Of a stretch of 64,000 bases of DNA, positions 1 through 18,540 are shown one piece after another; within the stretch, counting starts at the first letter, position 1, and each line of letters starts with the position of its first letter. Both the position numbers and the translations under genes were made by a program. Source of the DNA: the human T2T-CHM13v2.0 reference genome, Homo sapiens; NCBI RefSeq assembly GCF_009914755.1, contig NC_060947.1; one strand, written 5' to 3'. The notes below the pieces were generated by a model that was given only the letters and a program-made list of their open reading frames with translations, did no database searches and had not been told where the DNA came from.

Positions 1-175
1 ATTTTTCAGATATCTAAAAAGTTCAACTCCAGAAAAACCCCAAACATGCTACAAAGAAAAGGGCAAAAATAAGAGTTTATATACAGAACAGGCTCAAATG
101 GCCCTCAACACATATGTTCTCCTTTATATCTAATAACAGACATCCTAATTCAGACCATATTGAAATACTATTTCT

Positions 176-852
<677 letters not shown>

Positions 853-1162
853 CTATAAAGAGCTCTTCTAACCAAACCCCAGTCCCTCCACAAATGGGTA
901 AAGGAAATGAATATGCAATTTGGAGATATGAAATAAAACATAAGCATATGAAACAAAGTTCAGTCTCGCTGACAATGAAATAATGAATAAAGCAATTGTG
1001 AGCTTTCATCAATCACATGGAATAGGTTAAAAAGTAGGGTTGTTATCCAGAATGCGTATGCCTTGGAGAAGTTAGAAGTTTACATACTCAGTTCAAATGT
1101 ACCCACCAAGACTGCATTTTCTTAGGAGATAAGTTGACAATGACTCCTGAAAGGTGACAGGC

Positions 1163-1462
1163 AGCCAGGCCTGGTAGCTTATGCCTGTAATCCCAACACT
1201 TTGAGAGGCCAAGGTGGGAGGATCAGCGGAGGCTAGGAGCACGAGGCCCAGCCTGGGCAACATAGCAAGACCCTACCTCTACAAAAATAAAAATAAATTA
1301 GCCAGACGTGGTGATGCTCGCCTGTAGTCCCAGCTACCCTGGAGGCTGAAATGGGAGGATCACTGGAGCCCAGGAGGTCGAGGCTGCGGCAAGCTATGAT
1401 TGCACCACTGCACTCCAGCCTGGGTGACAGAGCAAGACGCTGTCTCTTTAAAATAAAGAAAA
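1163..1462 (+). mobile_element. AluJ-like
   Basis: Dimeric Alu with 'gggaggatc...gagcccaggagg' J diagnostics. Confidence 0.8.
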
Positions 1463-1659
1463 GAAAATTTACATGCATTTTCTTTTTGGCTCAGCTATTC
1501 CACTTCCAAGAATTACTTGCACAGATACACTCCCACACATATGCTAAGATATACGAGAAAACCATTCATGGCTGCCTTGTTTAGAATCAAAAACCATTTA
1601 GTTTCATCGCCATTTTATAAAAGACTTTTTGCAGGTGTTACTTAAAAAGAAACATCTTA

Positions 1660-2240
1660 TTGTTCTTAGCAACAACTTGGATGGCTCTCCAGGGAATTCT
1701 ATTGAGTGAAGGAAAAAAAGACACACGTGATTTGAAAGGGGTTACACTCTGTATGACTCCATTTATATGACATTCTTGACATGAGAAAAGGTACAGAAAT
1801 AGAGAACAGACTAGTAATTCTCAGGGGTTCAGGACAGGAGAGGAGGTTGAGGTAGGATGCAGGTTGGTACAGAAATAGAGAACAGACTAGTAATTCTCAG
1901 GGGTTCAGGACGGGAGAGGAGGTTGAGGTAGGATGCAGAGAGAGAAACAGGAGGGGTTGTTGGTGAAAGAAATGCTCTGTGTGTTGCGGACAATGCTGGC
2001 TTCACAAACCTGCACGCACTATGAAATTGCACAGAACTCGGTACAAAAACCCACACGGATACGAGTAAAACATAAGATCAATGCATTATTGCCTGAATGT
2101 GAATATCCTCCTTGTGACATGGTATTATTGCTTTCCAAGATGTTACCACTGGGGGAAGTAGACACAAGATTCTTTCCTATTATTTCTTACAACTGCTTAT
2201 AAATCTACAATGATCTCAAAGTAAAAACCTTAATTGGAAA
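1660..2240 (+). mobile_element. Old L1M (L1MC/ME-type) 3' fragment
   Basis: 'gcaacaacttggatg...gagtgaagg...gtatgactccatttatatgacattct...agagaacagactagt' resembles L1M 3'UTR; subfamily uncertain. Confidence 0.6.
1790..1938. repeat. 73-bp direct tandem duplication
   Basis: ggtacagaaatagagaac...ggtaggatgcag at 1790-1862 and 1866-1938, one mismatch, 3-bp spacer. Confidence 0.9.
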
Positions 2241-2256
2241 AAAAAAAAAAAAGTCT

Positions 2257-4400
<2,144 letters not shown>

Positions 4401-4435
4401 GCATCATTTCATTGTTGATATACCATTGTTTCCTA

Positions 4436-4436
<1 letters not shown>

Positions 4437-4471
<35 letters not shown>

Positions 4472-4489
4472 TGTGTGTGTGTGTGTGTG
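4437..4489. repeat. Compound (GA)n(GT)n microsatellite
   Basis: Directly visible. Confidence 0.95.
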
Positions 4490-4699
4490 TCACAGTCCTC
4501 AAATTTGGGAGAGTAAAGTGAAGATGACCAGCAGCCAAAAACCCAACAAAGCTGGTCCCAGGAACACATTTTCCTGATATGCAGTGTAACTTAGGTTCTT
4601 ATAGAAGAAAGACCGTGTCACTCAACCACCATAATTAAGAACCTTCAGAGTCCAATTCATGAAAACTCACCGGCAGAACAATATGTGGCAACCATTCTA

Positions 4700-6168
<1,469 letters not shown>

Positions 6169-6199
6169 TTCAATCCATACTCTGACAAGTTCCTTTGTC

Positions 6200-6702
6200 C
6201 AGTGGTCCTCAAGCTTTTTGGCACCAGGAACCAGTTTCATGGAAGACCATTTTTCCACTGATGTGGGGTGGGGGATGGTTTGGGAATGATTGAAGTGCAT
6301 TCTATTTATCATGCACTTTATTTCTATTATTATTACACTGTAATAGAGAATGAAGTAATTATGAAACTCACCATCGTGTAGAATCAGTGGAAGCCCTGAG
6401 CTTGTTTTCCTGCAACTAGACGGTCCCATCTGCGTGCGGGTGATGAGAGCCAGTGACAGATCATCAGGCATTAGATTTTCATACGGAGCACGCCACCTAG
6501 GTCCCTCACATGTTCAGTTCACAGTAGGGTTCATGCTCCTATGAGACTCTAATGCCACCACTGATCTCATAGGAGGCAGAGCTCAGGAGGTAATATGAGC
6601 TATGGGGAGCAGCTGTCAATACAGATGAAGCTTTGCTCACTCACACTCTACTCACCTCCTGCTGCACAGCCCAGTTACTAAAAGGCTGGGGACCGGTACT
6701 GG
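6200..6702 (+). mobile_element. MER1A (hAT-Charlie MITE), 3' end truncated
   Basis: 'cagtggtcc...tttttggcaccagg...agaatcagtgg.agccctgagcttgttttcctgcaactagacggtcccatctg...cagatcatcaggcattagatt' matches the MER1A consensus as recalled. Confidence 0.85.
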
Positions 6703-6861
6703 ATGCAAGGATACAAGGATGCAAGAGATGCTAAAATTCATTAAAATGGGTCCACGGATGCCCTGCATTCTTCACACTCTCCAATTAATCTTGTGAATTC
6801 AGCATTGAGTCACTGAAGGTCACAGTGAGTCCCACTTCTGATTTACCCACTTTTGAAATGA

Positions 6862-7275
<414 letters not shown>

Positions 7276-7364
7276 CTGCTTTTTAAATGTTTTTCTTTCT
7301 TTCTTTTTTTTTTTGAAACGGAGTCTCGCTCTGTCACCCAGGCTGGAGTGCAGTGGCGGGATCT

Positions 7365-7690
7365 CTAGCCTTCATCTTTCTCCCATGCTGGATGCTTCCT
7401 GCCCTCGAACATCAAGACCCCAGGGTCTTTGGGTTTTGGACCGTTGGACCTACACCAGTGATTTGCCAGGGGCTCCTGGACCTTCGACCACAGACTGAAG
7501 GCCGCACTCTCAGCTTGCCTACTTTTGAGGTTTTGGGCCTTGGACTGGCTTCCTGGCTCCTCAGCTTGCAGACGGCCTATTGTGGGACTTCACCTTGTGA
7601 TCGTGTGAGTCAATTATCCTAGTAAACTCCCCTTCATATACACATCAGTCCTATTCGTTCTGTCCCTGTAGATCACCCTGACTTGAACAG
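7365..7690 (+). mobile_element. MLT2A/B-type ERVL LTR 3' part, fused to a short Alu fragment
   Basis: 'cttcatctttctcccatgctggatgcttcctgccctcgaacatca...ctattgtgggacttcaccttgtgatcgtgtgagtcaat'. Confidence 0.8.
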
Positions 7691-8209
7691 CATGAAGAGC
7701 AACGCTGTAACCAGCCCTGTCCTGACTGAGGCAGCCGAATGAGAATCAGCAATGAGGAGCTACAGACGACGCAGACGGCACCAGTAGCTACCGCCCAGGA
7801 TGCATGGACACTCTAGTTTCCACAGCCACATTCAAGTTCTGGAACACCACGGCTTCCGGCTGTCTTCAGTGAAGACGGAGCACGTGTCAGTCCCAGGGTG
7901 CAATGATCACACCTCGGAGCTTTCCAAAATTCTATCTCATCACGTTCACCAACAAAGACATCCAAGGAGCAGAATTCAAAGTCAAGGAAGCCTGTGAAAT
8001 TCACAAGGAGCAAGAAGAACAAAGGCTAAGGACTATTTGACAGGAGGGGAAGAGGCCTGGTCCCTGGGTTCTCCAAGGCAACGCGGTGGAATGTGTTTTG
8101 ACGTGTCTTCAAGTCTGAAAGGAACCTGGTCCTTCCATTCCCTGGATGCTATGTCTCTCTTAGTGGCTTTGCAATGATGTCATCTGTGGACACAGATCTG
8201 CATGAGTGA

Positions 8210-8500
8210 CAGTTCTGCAGAGAAACAACCAGTAGGATATATATATAGAGAGAAAGAGATTTTAAAGAACTGGCTCCCAAGATGTGGGGGAGGGGCAAAA
8301 CCAAAATGTGCAGGGTAGACCAGCAGGCCAGATGCCCATGGAGACATGATGTCGCAGCTCAAGTCTGAAGGTGGATTCCAGATAGAATTCCCTCTTCCTT
8401 GGAGGAGGGACTCTTTTTACCTCTTAAGACCTTCCACTGATTAGGCAAGGCCCACCCACATTATGAACAGCTATCGGCTTCACTCAAAGTCTACTGAAAA
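8210..8500 (-). mobile_element. MLT2-type LTR fragment
   Basis: 'gttctgcagagaaacaaccagtagg...aagaactggctc...aagtctgaagg...ggcccacccacattatg...caaagtctactga'. Confidence 0.65.
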
Positions 8501-8638
8501 TCTCATTATTGGGTACACACCCAGAGGAATATAAATTGTTCTACCATAAAGACTCACACGGCTGGGCACAGTGGTTGACGCCTGTAATCTCAGCACTTTG
8601 GGAGGCTGAGGCAGGTGGATCACGAGGTCAGGAGTTCA

Positions 8639-8806
<168 letters not shown>

Positions 8807-8809
8807 TCA

Positions 8810-9163
8810 ATCAACACGTATTTTGTATTTATATATATTATATACTACATTCTCAACACATGTTTGTATTTATTTTGTGTTTCTATGTATTATATACTGC
8901 ATTCTTACAGTAAAGTAAGCTAGAGAAAAGAAAATGCTATTAAGAAAATCTTAAGGAAGAGAAAACATATGTACTACTCATCGAGTGGAAGTGGATCATC
9001 CTAAAGGTCTCCATCCTCATCGTCTCCACGCTGAAGAAGCTGAGGAGGAGGAGGAGGAACAAAAAGGGTTGTTCTTGCTGTCTCGGGGGTGGCAGAGGTG
9101 GCAGAAAATCCACATATAAATGGACCTATGGAGTTTACACCTGTGTTGTTCAAAGGTCAACTG
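8810..9163 (+). mobile_element. Tigger2a/MER28-type Tc1-mariner fragment with terminal inverted-repeat end
   Basis: 'agtaagctagagaaaagaaaatg...gtggaagtggatcatc...gctgaggaggaggagg...gtgttgttcaaaggtcaactg' followed by TA. Confidence 0.8.
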
Positions 9164-9853
9164 TATATATTATAATATATATGATATATGATGATATATA
9201 ATTACATTGTATAATATATTATGGGTGTCTATGTGTGTGTGTATATATATATATTCAGTTCCATCCAGGTATGGATAATAAAGCCCAGTACGTATGCAAC
9301 ACACTGGCCATCAGCGTCACGCCTAGTTATCATGCTGGCCGGTAAACAACGTGTCTTTGCAGTCCTGTGCCTGAGATCATACCCTTCCCAGTGCCACAGG
9401 TCCCCAAATCACTGCATTATTTCTAGAAAAACCCAGCCGCGATTTCCTAGAAACAAGAACCCCAGGAAGTGTAATCAAGTACCATCTTCTGGAAATTGAG
9501 ACATCTGAGATGAAAAGTGTGACTTGTTAACTGCCACGTAGAAGCTCTCAGGAATATTCCCTTTCCGAAGACATTTGTACAAACTGAAGGGTTCTGTACT
9601 AACAGAGAATGCTATTGCCTCTTTCCCCAAGGAAACACAGCTTAAGGAATGTTCCCCTCAATGCACCATCTGTCACCAGACACGTGCGTGTTCCGTCACA
9701 TGTCACTATGATAAGACAATGACTTGTGTGTGTGTCAATCTAGAAGCTGAGTATTACCTTGAAATCAAGAGGGAGGCGGAGTTTCTCAACCTCATTTTAC
9801 TTTTTATTTGTGTTTCGTAGAGACAGGGTCTGGCTCTGTCACCCAAGCTGTAG

Positions 9854-9973
<120 letters not shown>

Positions 9974-10493
9974 TAAATTTTATATAGACGGGGGTCTCAC
10001 TGCGTTGCCCATGCTCCTCTTAAACTCCTGGACTCAAGTGATTTTCCCACATCAGCCTCCGAAAGTCCAGGGATTACAGGCACCAGCCACCGTGGCTGGC
10101 CCTCAACCTTACTTTAGCCCAGGGGTCTAACTCCTGGGCAGATATCCTAAGATTCTTACAGAAAACCAAAGGCAAACAAGTCCAGTCAAGGCAGCATGCA
10201 AAACCACCATACTTGGCAAGTGATGTACATTCTCTACCCATTCTCCAAGGGGAGTTCTGCCTCTCCGGACACAGCACCCCGAAACGAGACCCTGTTACTC
10301 AAATGAGCTGCATGACAGGGGAAATGATGGATCAAGCAATGACAGCATTTGGGCTCTGCTCTTATTTTTAACTTGTATCACATGCTGGGCACCGTTACAC
10401 TCACCTGGAAGCAATGCTTTAAGGACAAGTTCTTTCCAACAGTGAGAATAACTCGTGTGAGAGAAGATGAGATGGTAAAAAAAAGAGCCAATG

Positions 10494-10860
<367 letters not shown>

Positions 10861-11643
10861 CTACCATCACCGTTTTCCCTCTAAAAATCTAAAATCTGCT
10901 TATTCCACAGCCCCTCAGTAGGCTGCTACTGTTTGTTTTTAGCCGTCTACTAAATTTCATTGATACATGTTTCTGCCTTCTTGGTGATCCCAAATACAAC
11001 AATTTATTCACACATGAAATTGAAAATGTGATAATTCTGCAAGCACACACCCCTTAAGATATGACTCTCAGCTCACAGGCTTTCTCCTCTAAACATTTAT
11101 ATTCAGTAACAGGTATTTGATTCCTCTTGAATTTTAATGAGGAAGGCACTTACGAGGACTCTTAGAGGCCGTGTTTAAGGGTCATTCATTATGCCCTCCA
11201 TTAAATCAAGTGGCAACAGCAAACCACGCAGGTGAGGAGACCTGGGCGGCAGACGGGACAGTGTCTGAGGGTATGTGTTTGGGTTTCTCTAGCTGTTGAA
11301 CAATTACACACATGAGGGACTGGGCACTGTGCCCCATGCCTGTAATCCCAGCACTCTGGGAGGCCCAGGTGGGAAGATCCATTGAGGCCCAGAGTTCCAG
11401 ACGAACCTGGGAAACATAGTGAGACGCCATCTCTACAAATAATTTTTTTAAAAACTTGCCTGGGCATGATGGCACACACCTGGAGTCCCAGCTATCATGA
11501 GGCTGAGGTGGGAGCATGGCTTGAGTCCAGGAGGTCAAAGCTGCAGTGAGCCATGATCATGCCACTGCACTCTAGCCTGTGGGACACAGCAAGACCCAGT
11601 CTCCAAAAAAAAAATGTTAAAAATTAAAAATAATAAAAAATTA

Positions 11644-11935
<292 letters not shown>

Positions 11936-12307
11936 GAACATTAGATAGTACCGGACACGCTGGGTTGGACACAGGGCCGAAAAGGGCTAACTATAAACAA
12001 CTTTTAGGCAATTTCCGAAAAAGTTGCATGTCAGAAAAAGGAAAGGTGGGCTTTCCCAGGAACTGCGTACCACCTATATTTTGCCGTGACCAGGATTTTT
12101 ATATAAGCCCACGTCCTATGTGTATTTCACAGCACTAACCTTCACCTTCAAAACAAGGAGCGTTTCTTTGACTCCTCCTTCTTGGAAAATTTATCAATCA
12201 AGAAAAAAAAAAGCTTAACCATTACTGTATTTTTTTAAAGAATGGTATTTGCTACAATCTGAAAGTTTGTGTTCCTCCCCCAAATTCCTGCGTTGAAATC
12301 CTCACCC

Positions 12308-14232
12308 CCAAGGGACCGCTGCCGTGGGTACACTGAAGACTTTCCCTAAGAATGCGGCCAAGGGACCGCTGCCCTGTACACAAGGAAGAGGTTCCCTAAG
12401 AATGCGGCCAAGGGACCACCGCCATGTACACACTGAAGATGTTCCCTAACAATGTGGCCAAGGGACCACCCTGAAGACGTTCCCTAAGCATGCAGCCAAG
12501 GGACTGCCACCGTGTACACACTGAAAACATTCCCTAAGAATGCAGCAAAGGAACAGCACTGAAGATGTTCTCTAGGCATGTGGCCAAGGGACTGCCACCG
12601 TGTACACACTGAGGACGTTCCCTAAGCATGTGGCTAAGGGACTCCGCCATGTACACACTGAAGATGTTCCCTAAGAATGTGGCCAAGGGACCGACGCCAT
12701 GTACACACTGAACACATTTCCTAAGAATGTGGTCAAGGGACCGCACTGAAGACGTTCCCTAAGAATGCAGCCAAGGGACCGCTGCTGTGTATTCACTAAA
12801 GACATTCCCTAAGTTTGTGGCTAAGGGACCGCCATCATGTACACACTGAAGATGTTCCCGAAGAACGTGGCAAAGGGACCGCACTGAAGACGTTCCAGAA
12901 GTGTGCGGCCAAGGGACTACCACCATGTACACACTAAAGACATTCCCTAAGAATGTGGCTAAGGGACTGCCGCCATGTACACACTAAAAATGTTCCCTAA
13001 GAATGTGGCCAAGGGACCCACACCATGTACAAACTGAAGACGTTCCCTAAGAATGTGGACAGGGGACTGCCGCTGTGTAGGCACTGAAGACATTCCCTAA
13101 GCATGTGGCCAAGGGACCTCACTGAAGACGTTCCCTAAGAATGTGGCCAAGGGACCGCCACCGTGTACACACTGCAGACGTTCCCTAAGCATGTGGCCCA
13201 AGGGACGACAGCTGTGTACACACTGAAGACGGTCTCGAGGCTTGTGGCTAAGGGACCACCGCCATGTACACACTGAAGATGGTCCCTAACAATGCGGCCA
13301 AGAGACCACCGCCATGTACACACTGAAGACGGTCCCTAAGAATGCGGCCAAGGGACCACCTCCATGTACACACTGAAGACATTCCCTAAGCATGGGCTAA
13401 GGGACGGTAGCCATGTACACACTGAAGAAGTTCCCTAAAAATGTGGCCAAGGGACCACCGCCATGTACTCACTGAAGATGTTCCCTAAGAATGTGGCCAA
13501 GGGATCGACACCATGTACAGAAGAAGACGTTCCCTAAGAATGTGGACAAGGGACTGCCACTGTGTAGGCACTGAAGACATTCCCTAAGAAAGCAGCCAAG
13601 GGACCGCAAGGAAGATGTTCCCAAAGAATGGGGCCAAGGGACCGTTGCAGTGTACACACTGAACATGTTAGCTATGTATGTGGCTGAGGGGCCGCCGCCA
13701 TGTACGCACTGAAGCCATGTACGCACTAAAGACATTCCCTAAGAATGCAGCCAAGGGACGGCACTGAAGACATTCCCTAGGCATGAGGCCAAGGGACCGC
13801 CACGGGTACACACTGAAGACATTCCCTAAGCATGTGGCTAAGGGACCACCGCCCTGTACACAAACCGTGTACACACTGAAGATATTCCCTAAGAATGTGG
13901 CCAAGGAACAGCACTGAAGACGTTCCCTAAGCTTGTGGCTAAGGGACCACCGCCCTGTACACAAACCGTGTACACACTGAAGATATTCCCTAAGAATGTG
14001 GCCAAGGAACACCACTGAAGACGTTCCCTAAGCATGCAGCCAAGGGACTGCCACCGTGTACACACTGAAGACATTCACTAAGAATGTGGCTAAGGGACTG
14101 CTGCCATGTACACACTGAAGATGTTCCCAAGCATGTGACCAAGGGACCAACGCCGTATACACACTGAAGATGTTTCCAAAGAATATGACCAAGGGACCGC
14201 CACCTTGTACACAGTAAAGACATTCCCCAAGG
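12308..14232 (+). repeat. 50/38-bp minisatellite array S1
   Basis: Unit gtacacactgaagacgttccctaagaatgtggccaagggaccgccgccat (50 bp) and a short variant cactgaagacgttccctaagaatgtggccaagggaccg (38 bp). Confidence 0.95.
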
Positions 14233-14269
14233 TTCAGTCATGGGCCTGTGAAACATCACAGGAAAGAAT

Positions 14270-15460
14270 GATGTGCAGGATCCAGTTATTCCACCATAAG
14301 GTGTGTACCCAAAGGAAAGGAAATCAGCCCATCAACGGGATACCTGCACCCCCTGTGCACTGCAGCACTACTCACAGTTTCCAAGATATAGAATCAACCC
14401 ATGTGTCAATCAACACATGAGTGCCTCAAGCAAATGTGGCATAGACACACAGTGGAATAGTATGCAGCCATGAAAAAGGAAATCCTGCCATTTGCAACAA
14501 CATGGATGGGACTGGAAAATACAATGTGAAGTGAAATAAACCAGGCACAGAGAGAATACCATATCATCTCGTATGTAGAATCTAAAAAAGCTGAATGCAT
14601 AAAAGCAGAGAGTGCAATGGTGGTTGCCAGGGAAGAATGCTTCATGAAGTGTTTGTCAAAGAACATAACATTTCAGTTGGAGGCCAGGAGCGGTGGCTTA
14701 TGTCCGGAATCACAATGCTATGGAAGGCTGAGGAAGGAGGACCACTGAAGGCCAGAAGTTTGAGACAAGCCTGGGCAACGTAATGAAACCCCATCTCTAA
14801 AAAAAAAACAAAAACAAAAAAATTAGCTGGGTATGGTGGCATGCACCTGTAGTCCCAGCTACTTGGGAGGCTGAGGCAGGAGGATCACTTCAGCCCAGGA
14901 ATTCAAGACCAGCCTGAGCAACATAGCAAGATCCCATCTACATAAAAAATTTAAAAATTAACCAGGTGTGGTGGTGTGCACCTGTAGTCCCAGCTACCTG
15001 GGAGGCTCAGGAGGGTCACCTGAGCCAGGAGTTGGAGGCTGCAGTGAGCTATGAACATGACGCTGCACTCCACCGTGGGTGATAGGGTGAGACTGTCTCA
15101 AAAAAATATAAATTACATTAAAATTAAATTTTTTCAGTTACATAAAAGAAATAAATTCAAAGATCTATCACACCACAGTGATCATAGTTAATAATACATC
15201 GCATCTTTCAAAATGACTAAAAGTAGATTTTACATATTCTGACCACAAAAAAAAGTAGGTGAGGTGATATAGGTTAGAGTTAAGGTTATGTGAATATGTT
15301 AATTAGCTTGTTAATATGTTAATTAGCTTGATTGTTAATGTGTTTATTAGCTTGATTATTAATATGTTAATTGACTTGATTGTTAATATAGTATCTAGCT
15401 TGATTTAATCACCGCACAATGTGTACTTGGATTAAAACATCACGTACCTCATATATATGT
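14270..15460 (+). mobile_element. Module A core: L1MA-type 3' end interrupted by AluJ-type elements (5 copies in window)
   Basis: 'tacccaaaggaaaggaaatcag...aatcaacccatgtgtcaatcaac...aaggaaatcctgccatttgcaacaacatggatgggactgga...tgaaataaaccaggcacagaga'. Confidence 0.8.
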
Positions 15461-15738
15461 ATACGATTATTTTTTGTTAATGAACAATACATTTTCTATA
15501 AAAATGACTCGCATTTCCAGGCAGAAAGCAAAACAAGTCCCAGTTTTGAGGACAGCTGTGACATATTTAATGGTGTCTCTTCTTAATTCAACACAGTTTA
15601 CACGACCATGACACAAGGGGTTCCAAGTTTCCAAGGAAAGGATTCCAGTTATGTGCTCAAGGTGTATCCACACTGGGCCGGGCGCGGTGGCTCACGCCTG
15701 TCATCCCAGCACTTTGGGAGGCTGAGGCGGGTGGATCA

Positions 15739-16134
<396 letters not shown>

Positions 16135-17549
16135 TCATCCTCCTGAGTACATGCAAGGTGCACTGAGACAGCTCCCCATAGAACTCCAAAAATAGCCCAG
16201 CTGGGAAGAAATGGAACATTCTGGGGGACACTGATTTTCATATTGAAATTTCCTATCTTTTTAAATTTATTGTGGTTGAGACAGGGTCACACCCAGGCGA
16301 TTGCCCAACCTGGAGTGCAGTGGCATGATGCTAGCTCACTGCAGCCTCAACCTCCTTGGGCTCAGGCGATCCTTCAGCCTCAGCCTCCCAAGTAGCTGTG
16401 ACCACACACGCGTGCCACCACATTTGGCTAATTTTTATGTTTGTATTTTTAGACACAGCACCTCTCGCTTGGTTGCCCAGGCTGTGGTCACAGCTCACTG
16501 CAGCCTCCAACTCCCACGCTCAAGTGATCCTCCCACCTCTGCCTCCTGAGTAGCTGGGAATATAAGCACATACTAATTTTTTCTATTTTTAGTAGAGATG
16601 GAGTTTGGCCATGTTGCCCAGGCTGGTCTCAATCTCCTGTACTCAAGCGATCCACCGGCCTAAAGTGCTGGGATTACGGGCGTGAGCCACCACGCCTGGC
16701 CATGCAGCTGTTTTAATAAGCAATTCTGAGAAGACACAAATGCCCCCCTGCTCTTTTGTAATAATACTAACACAGATTACCGAATTACACTGACGAAAAC
16801 CTCACATGCGTTACCTAAGGAAACACAGAGCCCCCAGTGTTAGATCTGAATTGTTTCTCCACCCAGGACAAATAAGTGCATTCCAATTAGTGCCTCAAAA
16901 AAAAAAGGAAAAAAGTACCAATAAATAAATAAATAAATAAAACACAGTAGAGCAGTTTCAACAAACTCCAGCCCTTATTTTTGGAAGGCCCACTTGTCAA
17001 GAACAGTGTTTATGTTTATAAATGTTTTTTCTGAATTTCTCAATGCTTAGGGAAAAAAAGTCAAAAGAGCAATATTATTTCTTGACACAACATTTATATA
17101 AAATTTAGTAATCCAAACTACTCAGGAGGCTGAGACAGGAGAATCGCTCGAACCCGGGAGGTGAAGGTTGCAGCGAGCCAAGATCGCGTCACTGTACTCC
17201 AGGCTTGGCAACAAGAGCAAAACTCTGTCTCAAAAAAAAAGAATGTTAGATAGTATCGGACATGCTGGGTTGGACACAGGACTGAAGAGCTAACTATAAA
17301 CAATTTTAGGCAATTTCCACAAAAGTTACATGTCAGAAAAAGGAAAGGTGGGCTTTCCCAGGTTCTGCGTACCACCTATATTTTACCGTGACCAAGATTT
17401 TATAAGCCCAAGTCCCACGTATATTTTACAGCACTAACATTCACCTTCAAAGCAAGGAGGGTTTCTGTGTCTCCTCCTTCTTGGAAAATTTATCAAATTA
17501 AAAAAAAAAAAAGCTTAACTATTACTGTATGTTTTTAAAGAATGGTATT

Positions 17550-17886
17550 TGCTATATATAGTCTGAAAGTTTGTATTCCTCCCCCAAATTCCTGCATTGA
17601 AATCCTCACCCCTAAGACAATGGAGTCAGGAGGTGGGAGACTTGGGAGGTGATGAGATCATGGGGATCGAGCCTCATGAATGGGATCAGTGTCCTTATAA
17701 AAGGGACCCCAGAGAGCTCCCTCGCCCCTTCCACGCAGAGAAAATGCATCATCTATGAACCAGGAAGTGGGTCCCCACCAGACACTGAATCCGCCACGAT
17801 CTTAAACCTCCAACCTTTAGAACTGTGAGTGACAAATGTCTGTAGTTTATAAATTACCCAACTGAAGGTATTTTATTTTAGCAGCT
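17550..17886 (+). mobile_element. MLT1A0-like MaLR LTR (module C); copies at ~29627-29969 and truncated at ~12250-12310
   Basis: 'tgcta...gaaatcctcacccc...ggaggtggg...tgggaggtgat...ccttataaaag...ccagagagctccctcgcccctt...ctatgaaccagg...agaactgtgag...gcagc'. Confidence 0.8.
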
Positions 17887-17895
17887 CCCTACTCA

Positions 17896-18000
<105 letters not shown>

Positions 18001-18540
18001 TTAAAAAAAAAAAAAAAAAAGTTGCATCAAGAATGAAAGGTGCACAAAGGCAGCCAGGGATGCAAGCCCCTTCCACCCTGGGCCCTGGAACTGCACAGGC
18101 CACCTTCAAAGGTTTCTTTCCTGTCATCCTCCCAAGTCTACACGAATATAAAGAAACACACTAGAAGCCTCTGATAGGATGGGGGCATCTCCAGAAATCC
18201 GAAGATTCAGGTTCTGAACCTCTGATCTGGGTGGGGCTGGGAGCTGCAGTTCCAGAAAGCAAATGAAGCCTTGGCTGTGATTCAGACCATTTCTTGGTAG
18301 CAAGCGTGTAGGGGAAGAAGAATGTGGACGGGGCAGGGGAAGGAATGAATTCGGTCAGGACGGTGGCTGGAGAATGTCTGAGACGGCCACGTGCAGAGAG
18401 GAGCAGGCTGGCTGCGTCTCTCACTGTGCCTGGGACAGGCGGTGACAGAGAAATGGGATTCCACATGAGAGTCAGAGACACCCAGTGAAGAAACAAAAGC
18501 AGCTTACAGGGTGAAAAGGACACAGACAGACACTGACACT

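Noticed and set aside
6200-6702. MER1A as a cognate MITE or target of ZBED1
   Set aside because: MER1A is Charlie-lineage and common genome-wide; ZBED1 lacks a catalytic Asp and I see no TIRs around it.
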